Sequence record: MK327937.1
Length of the DNA stretch: 64,000 nucleotides
Strand: one strand, 5' to 3'
DNA from: Escherichia phage vB_EcoM_G10400
The position numbers were made by a program, and so were the translations under genes. The notes under the pieces are model-generated. The model did no database searches. It saw only the letters and a program-made list of their open reading frames with translations, and was not told the origin of the DNA. Shown in pieces: positions 22,817 to 32,638 of this stretch; the stretch's first letter is position 1; every line of letters begins with the position of its first letter.

Positions 22817-23911
22817 ATGGCAATTGTTAAAGAAATAACTGCTGATTTAATTAAAAAGTCCGGTGAGAAAATTTCAGCCGGACAGAGTACTAAATCAGAA
22901 GTAGGAACTAAAACATACACAGCCCAGTTTCCAACTGGGCGTGCTAGTGGTAATGACACTACAGGGGACTTCCAGGTAACAGATCTATATAAGAATGGAT
23001 TATTATTTACTGCATACAATATGTCATCTAGGGATTCTGGAAGTCTTAGATCGATGAGATCTAACTACTCTTCTTCATCTTCGAGTATTTTACGTACAGC
23101 CAGAAACACTATCAGTAATACAGTATCAAAACTGTCAAATGGATTAATATCAGATAATAATTCAGGAACAATAAGTAAAGCCCCTGTTGCAAATATTCTT
23201 TTACCAAGATCTAAATCCGATGTTGATACATCATCACATAGATTTAATGATGTTCAAGAAAGTCTTATCAGCAGAGGCGGAGGTACTGCTACTGGTGTGC
23301 TAAGTAATATTGCTTCAACTGCAGTATTTGGAGCACTGGAAAGTATAACACAAGGTATAATGGCTGATAATAATGAACAAATATACACTACGGCTCGAAG
23401 TATGTATGGTGGTGCTGAAAATAGAACTAAAGTGTTTACTTGGGATTTGACTCCACGTTCAACAGAAGATTTAATGGCTATTATTAATATCTATCAATAT
23501 TTTAACTATTTTTCTTATGGTGAAACTGGTAAATCTCAATATGCTGCTGAAATAAAGGGGTATTTAGATGATTGGTATCGTTCTACGTTAATTGAACCTT
23601 TATCTCCGGAAGACGCAGCTAAAAATAAAACACTATTTGAGAAAATGACATCGAGTTTAACTAACGTTCTAGTAGTTTCAAACCCGACAATTTGGATGGT
23701 GAAAAACTTTGGTGCAACATCTAAGTTTGATGGAAAAACGGAAATATTTGGCCCATGCCAAATACAAAGCATCAGATTTGATAAAACACCTAATGGTAAC
23801 TTTAACGGATTAGCTATTGCTCCAAACCTCCCTAGTACATTTACTCTTGAGATTACTATGAGAGAAATTATCACGTTAAACCGTGCTTCTTTATATGCGG
23901 GGACTTTTTAA
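22817..23911 (+). CDS. 48: Baseplate tail tube cap gp48
   Basis: 364-aa ORF, T4 synteny and size. Confidence 0.92.
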   Translation: MAIVKEITADLIKKSGEKISAGQSTKSEVGTKTYTAQFPTGRASGNDTTGDFQVTDLYKNGLLFTAYNMSSRDSGSLRSMRSNYSSSSSSILRTARNTISNTVSKLSNGLISDNNSGTISKAPVANILLPRSKSDVDTSSHRFNDVQESLISRGGGTATGVLSNIASTAVFGALESITQGIMADNNEQIYTTARSMYGGAENRTKVFTWDLTPRSTEDLMAIINIYQYFNYFSYGETGKSQYAAEIKGYLDDWYRSTLIEPLSPEDAAKNKTLFEKMTSSLTNVLVVSNPTIWMVKNFGATSKFDGKTEIFGPCQIQSIRFDKTPNGNFNGLAIAPNLPSTFTLEITMREIITLNRASLYAGTF

Positions 23912-24876
23912 TGTATTCTTTAGAGGAATTTAATAATCAAGCAATAAACGCAGATTTCCAACGTAATAATATGTTTAGCTGCGTTTTTGCGACAACTCCA
24001 TCAACTAAAAGCTCTTCGTTGATAAGTTCAATTAGCAACTTTTCTTATAATAACTTGGGCCTAAATTCAGATTGGTTAGGATTGACTCAAGGTGATATTA
24101 ATCAGGGAATTACCACGCTAATTACTGCTGGCACACAAAAACTGATAAGAAAATCAGGGGTTAGTAAATATCTTATTGGTGCCATGAGTCAACGTACAGT
24201 TCAAAGTTTATTAGGCTCATTTACAGTTGGTACATATTTAATTGACTTCTTTAACATGGCATATAACTCATCTGGATTGATGATATACTCTGTAAAAATG
24301 CCAGAGAATAGATTATCCTATGAAACTGACTGGAACTACAATTCTCCTAATATTCGCATAACCGGGAGAGAATTAGACCCTTTGGTTATTTCATTTAGAA
24401 TGGATTCAGAAGCTTGTAACTATCGTGCAATGCAAGACTGGGTTAACTCCGTTCAAGACCCAGTAACTGGATTACGCGCTTTGCCACAGGATGTCGAGGC
24501 AGATATTCAGGTTAATCTTCATTCTCGTAATGGATTGCCTCATACTGCGGTGATGTTCACTGGATGCATTCCAATATCAGTGAGCGCTCCTGAGTTATCA
24601 TATGATGGAGATAACCAAATAACTACATTTGACGTTACTTTTGCGTATAGAGTGATGCAGGCTGGAGCAGTTGATAGGCAAGCTGCGCTTGAATGGCTTG
24701 AATCTGCTGCTATAAATGGTATTCAAAGCGTTCTCGGAAATAGTGGAGGTGTTACTGGACTATCTAATTCGCTTTCACGACTCAGTAGATTAGGGGGAAC
24801 TGCAGGAAGCATTTCAAACATTAATACTATGACAGGAATTGTCAATTCGCAAAGTAAAATATTAGGAGCAATATAA
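23911..24876 (+). CDS. 54: Baseplate tail tube initiator gp54
   Basis: 321-aa ORF, T4 synteny and size. Confidence 0.92.
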   Translation: MYSLEEFNNQAINADFQRNNMFSCVFATTPSTKSSSLISSISNFSYNNLGLNSDWLGLTQGDINQGITTLITAGTQKLIRKSGVSKYLIGAMSQRTVQSLLGSFTVGTYLIDFFNMAYNSSGLMIYSVKMPENRLSYETDWNYNSPNIRITGRELDPLVISFRMDSEACNYRAMQDWVNSVQDPVTGLRALPQDVEADIQVNLHSRNGLPHTAVMFTGCIPISVSAPELSYDGDNQITTFDVTFAYRVMQAGAVDRQAALEWLESAAINGIQSVLGNSGGVTGLSNSLSRLSRLGGTAGSISNINTMTGIVNSQSKILGAI

Positions 24877-24880
24877 CAAT

Positions 24881-24898
24881 GGGGACCTTTCGGTCCCC
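24881..24898. terminator. Hairpin GGGGACC-UUUC-GGUCCCC between convergent gene 54 and minus-strand ORF
   Basis: 7-bp GC stem, tetraloop, followed by A/U-rich run. Confidence 0.6.
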
Positions 24899-24904
24899 AT
24901 ATTT

Positions 24905-25195
24905 TTATTTACGGAATGAAATAAAAGCAGCAACTGAAGCAACTAAACTGTCTTCAATATAAACCTCAATTTTTACCGGAGCTTCTGACTCAAATTTACC
25001 TGTTACTACACCTTGGAAAATACTTTCAGTCTGTTCTGGCTTTGAAAAATTTTCAGAAGGAAAAATTCCGAACTTTTTATCTGTTCCAAAAATTTTGATA
25101 AATTCATCGTAAACTGCTTCATTAAAAGCATTATCAGCAGGAATAACTCCTTCAACTACAAGTTCTTGACCTAAAAAGCGCAAAGAAGATTTCAT
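24905..25195 (-). CDS. Hypothetical protein
   Basis: 96-aa ORF with GAGGA SD 7 nt upstream; downstream of a sigma70-like promoter. Confidence 0.6.
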   Translation of the reverse strand: MKSSLRFLGQELVVEGVIPADNAFNEAVYDEFIKIFGTDKKFGIFPSENFSKPEQTESIFQGVVTGKFESEAPVKIEVYIEDSLVASVAAFISFRK

Positions 25196-25226
25196 TTTGT
25201 GTTCCTCATGTTATGTCAGTAAGACT

Positions 25227-25255
25227 ACTATAACACAACACGAGGGACTTGTAAA
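25227..25255 (-). promoter_or_regulatory. T4 early-type (sigma70-like) promoter: TTTACA-N17-TATAGT
   Basis: Minus-strand -35 TTTACA (25250-25255) and -10 TATAGT (25227-25232), 17-nt spacer; part of a 54-bp element repeated at 40463-40516. Confidence 0.5.
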
Positions 25256-27313
25256 CTACATTTTGAACTTTTTAGACATTCCGTTGATGTTAACCAAAGA
25301 AGCCAAGATTTGAGAAACTTCATTTTCCTCTTCTTTTGATTCTTCTACAAGGAATTGATTAAATCCAGCCATTGGACGAACTTCACCAGTTTCCATTAGA
25401 TGGTCTCCATCATATACTGATTCTTCTAATTGTTCAGAAGGAGGAACGATTGTACCTTCGATTAGATACTTGTTATAAGCAGTTTCTTTCATAAAGTACG
25501 TACTTACTTTATTAATCTTCAGTAAAATTCCACGTGGTAGAATAACTTCAGCTTCTGATGGAAATCCTGATAAATGACCTGGAACGATAACTTTGATTCG
25601 CTCAGCTCCTTTAATTATCATACCCACGCTAGTTTCTGCATCTTCATTAGCATATGTAGAATGACTACCCATATGCATCAAATCTTCTGCATCAACGGAA
25701 CCTTCTCCTTCACCAGAAAATACTGCGCCGGAATCATCTAGAGCCATATAGTTTTTACCATGCTCACCGAAGATATTTGGTTTAAGCGATGTGGATACGA
25801 AGTTCTTGAAATAGAACATTTTATTTTCAATGTTATGACGCAAAGTTTTAAAGGTAACTTCTTGCCCACGGTAAAGTGTAGTTCCTGGAGGAAGAACTGA
25901 TCCTTTGGCAAAGGCAGAATCTAACGTCTCGATGTGCTTAATAGCTCGTTCCATGTATTCTTCACGGGTAGAATCTGGTTTACCCAAAAGGAACGAGTTC
26001 ATTTCAACATATGAATCTGCACAATAATCTTCAATTACATCAGATTCAGCCTGAGTCAGTCCTTTTGGAGCTACTTCGGTGCTTGCGTATTCATATGCCT
26101 GGGCAGCAGATTCATTAATCAATTTATAAATGCCATTCATGACAAATTGAATAATAGCTGTCTTTTCATCTGGTGTGGTTTTAGAACCTTTAACTAAATC
26201 ATTAATAATTTTCTTAATAACATCAAAGCTATTAGAAATATTAATGTCAGCAAGATCGCTTAAAATTTTATCAGTTTTATAATCAAAGAATTCTTTATTC
26301 TTTAAATATTCTTGAGAACCTTGATATGTTATATCGCTCTGCAACTTGATAGATGGATCACGTAAACGTGCATGGGCCAATGCAATATGATTTCGGAAGC
26401 TTTCTAGTTCATAATCGTTAGATTTAAAACGAGAAGCACTTCTCATACCACCGATAGCTCCTTTGCTGAAGTTTGAACCAATCTGGATAACGCCAGAGTT
26501 CATCGGACCTTCTGCTTTATATACCGGAACTTTAGATTCAAACTCTTGATATTTCTTGGCAGCAAAGCTATCACCCTGAAGTGAAGCATCAACAGTAGAA
26601 TATTGAGCTTGTGCTGCTAATCGACGACTTATTTTAGTTTTCTGAATAACAGCTTGGTCCGTGCGCTTATCATTTTCTAAAGCAATAGAAGCAGCAACAG
26701 CGACAGCTTTAGGAACAGCATTTCCTGTTTTAACGTCTACATAAACATCACCGACCTTTGATTCAACTTTTGTGAATAACTCAGTTGAAATAGGAGGTAC
26801 ACCTGGAATGTCTTCTAAATTGGCATTTTTACGGTAAACCATAATATATGCATATTTCTTATCATAGTCCCAGATTTCCTTTAAAAGAACATATCGACCT
26901 GCTCCTTTAGTACGTACTAAACGGTCAGCAATAACTTGCATTTGACGAGCTGCGCCATTTGTTTTACTTTTTAGTACGCGGAATAGGCATGCGTCGATTT
27001 TATACTGTTTCATTGTTTGAAGAGCAGTATCAAAAACGGCATTAATGACACCAATTGGATTTCCACCCAAGTTTTTAAGCTTAACTAATGATAGTTTCTC
27101 ATTAACACCTATCATTACGATATGCATCATTTTATCGCCTGGCTTAACGTTTTTATTCGTATCACCACCAGAGGTGTATGTACAAAATCTAAATCCAGGA
27201 AGCACGCTTTCTTCGCCGGCTTGAATAGCAAAAATTTGTGGTATTTTATGCTTAGGATTTAAGTTAACAACCGGCGCCGAAGCGCCGTCAAATAATTCTG
27301 TAATAAGTTCCAT
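25256..27313 (-). CDS. alt: Alt-like ADP-ribosyltransferase (paralog A)
   Basis: 685-aa ORF; R-S-E type ART motifs near C-terminus (LYRGQ, FVSTSL, EAEVILPRG); N-terminal MELITELFD shared with neighbour. Confidence 0.85.
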   Translation of the reverse strand: MELITELFDGASAPVVNLNPKHKIPQIFAIQAGEESVLPGFRFCTYTSGGDTNKNVKPGDKMMHIVMIGVNEKLSLVKLKNLGGNPIGVINAVFDTALQTMKQYKIDACLFRVLKSKTNGAARQMQVIADRLVRTKGAGRYVLLKEIWDYDKKYAYIMVYRKNANLEDIPGVPPISTELFTKVESKVGDVYVDVKTGNAVPKAVAVAASIALENDKRTDQAVIQKTKISRRLAAQAQYSTVDASLQGDSFAAKKYQEFESKVPVYKAEGPMNSGVIQIGSNFSKGAIGGMRSASRFKSNDYELESFRNHIALAHARLRDPSIKLQSDITYQGSQEYLKNKEFFDYKTDKILSDLADINISNSFDVIKKIINDLVKGSKTTPDEKTAIIQFVMNGIYKLINESAAQAYEYASTEVAPKGLTQAESDVIEDYCADSYVEMNSFLLGKPDSTREEYMERAIKHIETLDSAFAKGSVLPPGTTLYRGQEVTFKTLRHNIENKMFYFKNFVSTSLKPNIFGEHGKNYMALDDSGAVFSGEGEGSVDAEDLMHMGSHSTYANEDAETSVGMIIKGAERIKVIVPGHLSGFPSEAEVILPRGILLKINKVSTYFMKETAYNKYLIEGTIVPPSEQLEESVYDGDHLMETGEVRPMAGFNQFLVEESKEEENEVSQILASLVNINGMSKKFKM

Positions 27314-27316
27314 GAT

Positions 27317-29374
27317 TTATCCTTGAACGAACTTGTAAGGCATGTTTGCAATATCTATACAAGACGCAATAATTCCAAGAGATGATTCTACTTTCTGTTT
27401 AACATTTGATGAAACAAATGATGCAAAGTCAACTCTGTCTTCTACTTCAATATCACCTGTCATTGTAACTACTTCGCCGGTTTCCATTAGACGGTCACCG
27501 TCATAAATTACCGATTCGGTGAGTTCTTCTGTGGTCATAACTTCAGCTTGAATAAGCTTGTTGTTAGTTTTAACTGTTCCATCATTGTAAGATGCATCGG
27601 TTATTTTATTAACTTTGACCATTAATCCACGTGGCAAAATGACTTCCATTTCATTTGAAGGTGCTAAACTTCCACCTGGTAAAACAACATTGACTTTATC
27701 AGCCCCAGTAATAACCCATCCAATTCCAACTAAATTATCGCTAGAATTTACTAGTCCTTCATCAGTTTTATCAATAGAAACACTTAAACGCTTTTCGTCT
27801 GGTAAAACACCCACAGATGAATCAGTCATCCAGGTACCAAAAATATTTGGATATAATGATGTTGACACAAAGTTTCTAAAATAAAAAACTCGATTTTTTA
27901 CCATTGCTTCATATATTGAAGGTAACATTCGTTGTGAACGATACAAAGTAATACCTTTTGGTAATCGTTCACCATTTTTAAAGGCTGAATCTAAATTATC
28001 AATAGCTTTTTCTATGTCAGATGCTGTCAAAATACTTGTACGCTCATCTGGATTATATAATCCCAAAAGAGCATTATTTATATCTACATATCCTGAACCT
28101 ACGTATTCACGAATTCCGCGTTTTTGCGCCGGTGTGTATTTAGATGAATCTTTATTTTCGACTATAGGATGTAATGACCATCCAGCGGTAAGAGCATATC
28201 CACGTAATTCTCTTCGAATAATCTTTGTTTTTATTGCATTCCAAGAATTTTGTACTAACTCATTTGCAGCATCTTGGTTTAAATGCGAATGTTTGTTAAT
28301 ATTTCTTTCAAACCAAGCACCTTTATATTTTTCTAAGGTATCATCGACGATAGAAGCAATAGTTTCTAAAGTTTTTATTGAAGTAATAGATTCTTTTTTT
28401 AATTTTTCTAAAGCTTTATTTTTTATTTCTGCATTAATAATGGATTCTTTATCTTCAGGAATTATAGAAGCTTCTCTGAATGCCATCCCAGCTGTAACAC
28501 TGCTAAGAGCATTCTCTAGTGCAAATCCTGAAGTAGAAATTACCGTTAATTCATTAGAATCAGAAATTAAAGGCGCGTCCGCTGGTTTATTTAATTCTGC
28601 CGCTGAAGCCTCAAATTTTTGAAACATCGGTGTTTCAAATCTAGAAGATTCCAATGACTGACTTTGTGCAATTGCTCTACGGGAAATTTTAACTTTAACG
28701 ATTACAGCTTGGTCAGAACGTTTATCATTTTCTTGTGCAATAGATGCTGCAATTGCCTCATTTTTAGTTACTTGAGCTCCAGTATCTTTATTGATATAAA
28801 CATCACCGACCTTCGATTCAACTTTAGTAAAGAGCTCGGTACTAATTTCTGGAACTCCTGGAATGTCTTCTAGTGATACATTTTTGCGATGTATAAGAAT
28901 ATATGCATACTTTTTATCATAATCCCAGAGTTCCTTAAGAAGGACGTATCTGCCACCTGAACGACTACGGATAAGTCTATCAGCAATAACTTGAATTTGT
29001 CGAGCTTGACCAGCGGTTTTAGACTTAAGAATACGAAGCATACAGGCATCAATTTTATACTGACGCATTGTTTGCATCGCAACAGTAAAAACTGAATTGA
29101 TATAATTAATTGGGCTTGGACCAAGACCTTTTAATTTAGCAATTGAACCTTTAGCAGTTAATGTAAAAGGAACAATATGCATCATTTTATCGCCCATCTT
29201 TAAATCGCGATTAGTATCACCTCCAGATGTATAGGTACATAAACGAAAGCCTGGTTGTTCAATTGCATCATCAACATGAACTGAAAAAATTTGCGGTATT
29301 TTCTTCTTTGGATTTAAGTTTGTAATCGGAAGAGTAGTATCTTCGTCAAATAATTCTGTAATAAGTTCCATCAT
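27317..29374 (-). CDS. alt: Alt-like ADP-ribosyltransferase (paralog B)
   Basis: 685-aa ORF; ART motifs (LYRSQ, FVSTSL, EMEVILPRG); first 9 codons identical at nucleotide level to paralog A. Confidence 0.85.
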   Translation of the reverse strand: MMELITELFDEDTTLPITNLNPKKKIPQIFSVHVDDAIEQPGFRLCTYTSGGDTNRDLKMGDKMMHIVPFTLTAKGSIAKLKGLGPSPINYINSVFTVAMQTMRQYKIDACMLRILKSKTAGQARQIQVIADRLIRSRSGGRYVLLKELWDYDKKYAYILIHRKNVSLEDIPGVPEISTELFTKVESKVGDVYINKDTGAQVTKNEAIAASIAQENDKRSDQAVIVKVKISRRAIAQSQSLESSRFETPMFQKFEASAAELNKPADAPLISDSNELTVISTSGFALENALSSVTAGMAFREASIIPEDKESIINAEIKNKALEKLKKESITSIKTLETIASIVDDTLEKYKGAWFERNINKHSHLNQDAANELVQNSWNAIKTKIIRRELRGYALTAGWSLHPIVENKDSSKYTPAQKRGIREYVGSGYVDINNALLGLYNPDERTSILTASDIEKAIDNLDSAFKNGERLPKGITLYRSQRMLPSIYEAMVKNRVFYFRNFVSTSLYPNIFGTWMTDSSVGVLPDEKRLSVSIDKTDEGLVNSSDNLVGIGWVITGADKVNVVLPGGSLAPSNEMEVILPRGLMVKVNKITDASYNDGTVKTNNKLIQAEVMTTEELTESVIYDGDRLMETGEVVTMTGDIEVEDRVDFASFVSSNVKQKVESSLGIIASCIDIANMPYKFVQG

Positions 29375-29394
29375 AGCCTCTCTAGTGTTTATTC

Positions 29395-29402
29395 TATTTA
29401 TA
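29395..29402 (-). promoter_or_regulatory. Late promoter TATAAATA (minus strand) upstream of Alt-like paralog B
   Basis: Exact octamer on minus strand about 20 nt upstream of ATG at 29374; consistent with Alt being a late, head-packaged protein. Confidence 0.5.
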
Positions 29403-29423
29403 AAATTAAAGGCCCGAAGGCCT

Positions 29424-29612
29424 TTAATAATCTAGTGGTAAGAGAGTACGGTATATTTCAAACTTTGGACCTTTTTCATAGGCATCAAATGTTTCTGTGA
29501 ATTTATTATAAGCATATGCATCTACAAATTCGAGAATGACTTGTGATACAGAAGTAGAAACATCTCCACCTTCTTTTTGAGCAATGACAATTGTTTCTAA
29601 GTAAGCTTTCAT
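29424..29612 (-). CDS. Hypothetical protein
   Basis: 62-aa ORF overlapping stop/start with DNA ligase gene. Confidence 0.55.
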   Translation of the reverse strand: MKAYLETIVIAQKEGGDVSTSVSQVILEFVDAYAYNKFTETFDAYEKGPKFEIYRTLLPLDY

Positions 29613-31072
29613 AAACCAGTTACCTCATGAAAATCACCAAATACATCCTCGAATGTATTAGCTTTAGTTTTATCTTCACGCAAACGAATCGCAATCGGAA
29701 GAAATAATTTAACGTAATCAGTGCGGCCATCAGATTTTAACCAACCGTTGCATTCGCACTCTAGAATTTTTCCAATATAATAATTTTGGTTTTCCATAAT
29801 GCGAGTACGGTCAAGTTCATGCGATTTTACACCGGCTTTATCTTTTAAGCCTGAACCAGCATTTACTTTAATTTTTCCACACTCTGACTCAAGAATAAAT
29901 CCACCTGCTTTAGTAGGGTCTTTACGGTGAGGATAAATTCCTACAATTTTTAAATCAACATCAATTACTTCTTTAAATTTATAGAGATTTTTTGAACGAG
30001 CATTTTCCCATAATCCATCGATATTTTTGAGAATAATACCTTCAAGACCTTGGTCAATATACTTTTTATAAATTATCTTGGCTTCGTCTAGGTTATTTAC
30101 TACCTGGTTTTCAATTAAAATTACTTTATCATAGCCTGATGTCATTTGTTCTAGTTTAGAAAAACGTACATCATATTTCAAACGAAATGCAGGAAGACCG
30201 TATATTTCTACCAACGGTACATAATCCCAGACCTGAAACTTCATGCATTGTGCTTCTTTTTCAGAAATGGTTCCCTTTAAAGATTTATTGGCGATGCCAT
30301 TAGATGCAGTACGTGATTCAGCTACTTCGGCGAATTCTTTAGCTTTACTGTTTTCAGGATAAGCATCAAAAAGAAAATCTAGGCCTTCTGGCTCCTTTTT
30401 AACTTGCTCATGATATACCAATTCGCCATCAATTAACACGCCTTCTGGATGAATCTGGCGGGCTTCAGCGGTCATTTTGATTAATTCTTCCTTAAGAAGA
30501 TCTAATCCTAGATATTCATTACCAGCTCGTGATAAAAGACGAACGTCATCTAATTCATCACCTCTGACTTCGGCAAAGCACCGAGCTCCATCAGCTTTTA
30601 ACTGGGCAAAGGCTGGAAATTTGATATTCTTATTAATGCCTTTTTCATCATAAGAACTTGCAAGCATTTGAGGTTGTTCAGGAATTAAACCTGGCCAAAC
30701 TTTGTTCGCAATAGATACTGAAGCGCCACATTCAAGGTCTCGCATCATCACTCGACGCAAAACTTCAACATCATCTTTTTTACCGTCAGTAATATAACCT
30801 ACTAATTCCTCAATTGCCGCATTTCCGGTCAATTTTCGAGTAGCTAATGTAAATTCAATGAAGTCAAGCATATCAGTAATAGTCAGCATTCCAAAACTCT
30901 GGGTAGCAATACCAGGTTTAGGCCATTTCTTGATATAATACTGTAACCCACGAGAATAAGTCAGACGATATACTCGTTTAAGCAATTCATTATCTTTATT
31001 CTTTTCAAGAATTGCTTGCTTCTGCTTAGTTGAACCAATAGATGCTATTTCGTTCAGAATTTTAAGAATCAT
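29609..31072 (-). CDS. 30: ATP-dependent DNA ligase
   Basis: 487-aa ORF; sequence recalled as T4 DNA ligase, with adenylation motif region (AQLKADGAR). Confidence 0.95.
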   Translation of the reverse strand: MILKILNEIASIGSTKQKQAILEKNKDNELLKRVYRLTYSRGLQYYIKKWPKPGIATQSFGMLTITDMLDFIEFTLATRKLTGNAAIEELVGYITDGKKDDVEVLRRVMMRDLECGASVSIANKVWPGLIPEQPQMLASSYDEKGINKNIKFPAFAQLKADGARCFAEVRGDELDDVRLLSRAGNEYLGLDLLKEELIKMTAEARQIHPEGVLIDGELVYHEQVKKEPEGLDFLFDAYPENSKAKEFAEVAESRTASNGIANKSLKGTISEKEAQCMKFQVWDYVPLVEIYGLPAFRLKYDVRFSKLEQMTSGYDKVILIENQVVNNLDEAKIIYKKYIDQGLEGIILKNIDGLWENARSKNLYKFKEVIDVDLKIVGIYPHRKDPTKAGGFILESECGKIKVNAGSGLKDKAGVKSHELDRTRIMENQNYYIGKILECECNGWLKSDGRTDYVKLFLPIAIRLREDKTKANTFEDVFGDFHEVTGL

Positions 31073-31338
31073 TGTTCATCCTTTAGAGTTTGGTTTACAG
31101 CTCTATTATAAATCAATTCATCATTAAGCTCAGTCAAAGACCTGTGGTACGTTGTTCTAACTTTATTTCCTTGCATCCAGTGCTTGACGTAAATGAAACC
31201 TTGCTCTACACATTTTTTAAAAATTCGTTCGTCTTTTTGAGCTCGGAATTCTGGATTGCATCTAAAAAATTGATTTACGTGACCGTAATCACGTGTAGTA
31301 TTACCTTCATTTTCATAAATAGTGTGAACAACAAACAT
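31069..31338 (-). CDS. Hypothetical protein (T4 30.1 position)
   Basis: 89-aa ORF. Confidence 0.6.
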   Translation of the reverse strand: MFVVHTIYENEGNTTRDYGHVNQFFRCNPEFRAQKDERIFKKCVEQGFIYVKHWMQGNKVRTTYHRSLTELNDELIYNRAVNQTLKDEQ

Positions 31339-32177
31339 TAGAATGCTCCTTGGAAAATATTATTAGCACCAGTAGGTCTATTATACAAATACTCTATGCC
31401 ACCGGGTTTAATATAGTTCCATGTCTGAAACGGATGCGTCTGATATGGATGATATAGATGATTATAAGGATTAAATCCAGGAGTTCTCCAGGTAGTGTTC
31501 CAAGGAAAAGAATCGTTTTTAATCATCTTTTCAATTACATCTTTTATAGCTTTTTCACTATCAAAACTTTCTTTATTTTCCTTCGGTGAAAAAAGCTTAT
31601 TTTCTACATCATTCCATGTATAAACTCGCTGAGCAGTTTTTGGAATATTGTCACGCTCTCCTCGAGCCATCCAATAAACAGGAACATTTAATATTTCACT
31701 CGCATGATCGCAATGGTGAGCGAGATCGTCAATATAACAAATCACGTTATATTTCTCTTTTGCCTTTTTAAACAACTCTTCTTTTGAAGAATCATGACCA
31801 CACATCAGTACTTCTGAGAAGGCACCAGGAAAAAGAGCGTTCAAATTAAATTGACGATTCAGCAGAGCGTCAATAGAATCACCCAATGCTGTAACAGCTA
31901 CAAAATTATAATCTTCTTTTAATTTGTTAATTACACACAGAGCATCTTTATATGGAGACAAGTAACGAATAAAATCTGAACGATTGTATTTTTCAATTAG
32001 CTTGACGCCAAGTTCTTCATCACAATTAAAAAGTTTACCTGGAGAAATAAATTTCTCATCTTGGATCATTTTTAAAATATGTTCTAATGGAAGATTATAT
32101 TTCTGAGCAAAATAAGGAAGACCTGATTGCCAGCTTAAACATACTCCATCAATATCAGTTAAAATAGTAGGCTTCAT
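31338..32177 (-). CDS. HAD-superfamily hydrolase-like protein (T4 30.2 position)
   Basis: 279-aa ORF with N-terminal DxDGx motif (LTDIDGV) and downstream DD motif (YIDD). Confidence 0.65.
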   Translation of the reverse strand: MKPTILTDIDGVCLSWQSGLPYFAQKYNLPLEHILKMIQDEKFISPGKLFNCDEELGVKLIEKYNRSDFIRYLSPYKDALCVINKLKEDYNFVAVTALGDSIDALLNRQFNLNALFPGAFSEVLMCGHDSSKEELFKKAKEKYNVICYIDDLAHHCDHASEILNVPVYWMARGERDNIPKTAQRVYTWNDVENKLFSPKENKESFDSEKAIKDVIEKMIKNDSFPWNTTWRTPGFNPYNHLYHPYQTHPFQTWNYIKPGGIEYLYNRPTGANNIFQGAF

Positions 32178-32638
32178 AGAGAGTCTCTTAATAGGTTTAA
32201 CACATCAATAAATTCAGCTTCGGTTAGTATTGTATCATCTTTTGTTAGACCACTAGCCATGCTGTGCTTCAAAACTTTTCCTTTCGAGGCTTGTAATGCA
32301 TCACGAAAGCCCTTGTTTTGAATCGCTGCTTCAAAATATGCATTTGTGTATAATTCTTTCCACGCCGGGGAGTATCTTGAAAACGGAACTCCAATCCAGA
32401 AGAGGGTCCCACGGTCCTGAGCTCTAGCATAAGACCTTCCAGCTTGTTGGGCGGCAAGCCCGGATAACCCAAATATACGACGTTGTTGTTCAACATTTTT
32501 CACCTTACACCCTTGGAGGAATCCTTCAAGACCTCCAAATTGAATACCATCCATAACGAAAGGCCATTGGGCGAAATTACTTAATGCGCATGATGGCCAT
32601 CTAAAATTACTTCTAATCTCTAACTCAGACATTTTCAA
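32174..32638 (-). CDS. NADAR / YbiA-like (DUF1768) domain protein (T4 30.3 position)
   Basis: 154-aa ORF; motif LSNFAQWPFVMDG...LEGFLQGCK resembles the E. coli YbiA core FSNFAAWPIKVDG...SEHYFQAQK. Confidence 0.6.
   Translation of the reverse strand: MKMSELEIRSNFRWPSCALSNFAQWPFVMDGIQFGGLEGFLQGCKVKNVEQQRRIFGLSGLAAQQAGRSYARAQDRGTLFWIGVPFSRYSPAWKELYTNAYFEAAIQNKGFRDALQASKGKVLKHSMASGLTKDDTILTEAEFIDVLNLLRDSL

Noticed and set aside
27615-28873. Plus-strand ORFs (89, 202 and 69 aa) inside the Alt-like genes
   Set aside because: Antisense to a well-supported 685-aa coding region with no SD or promoter context; typical spurious ORFs in AT-rich DNA.
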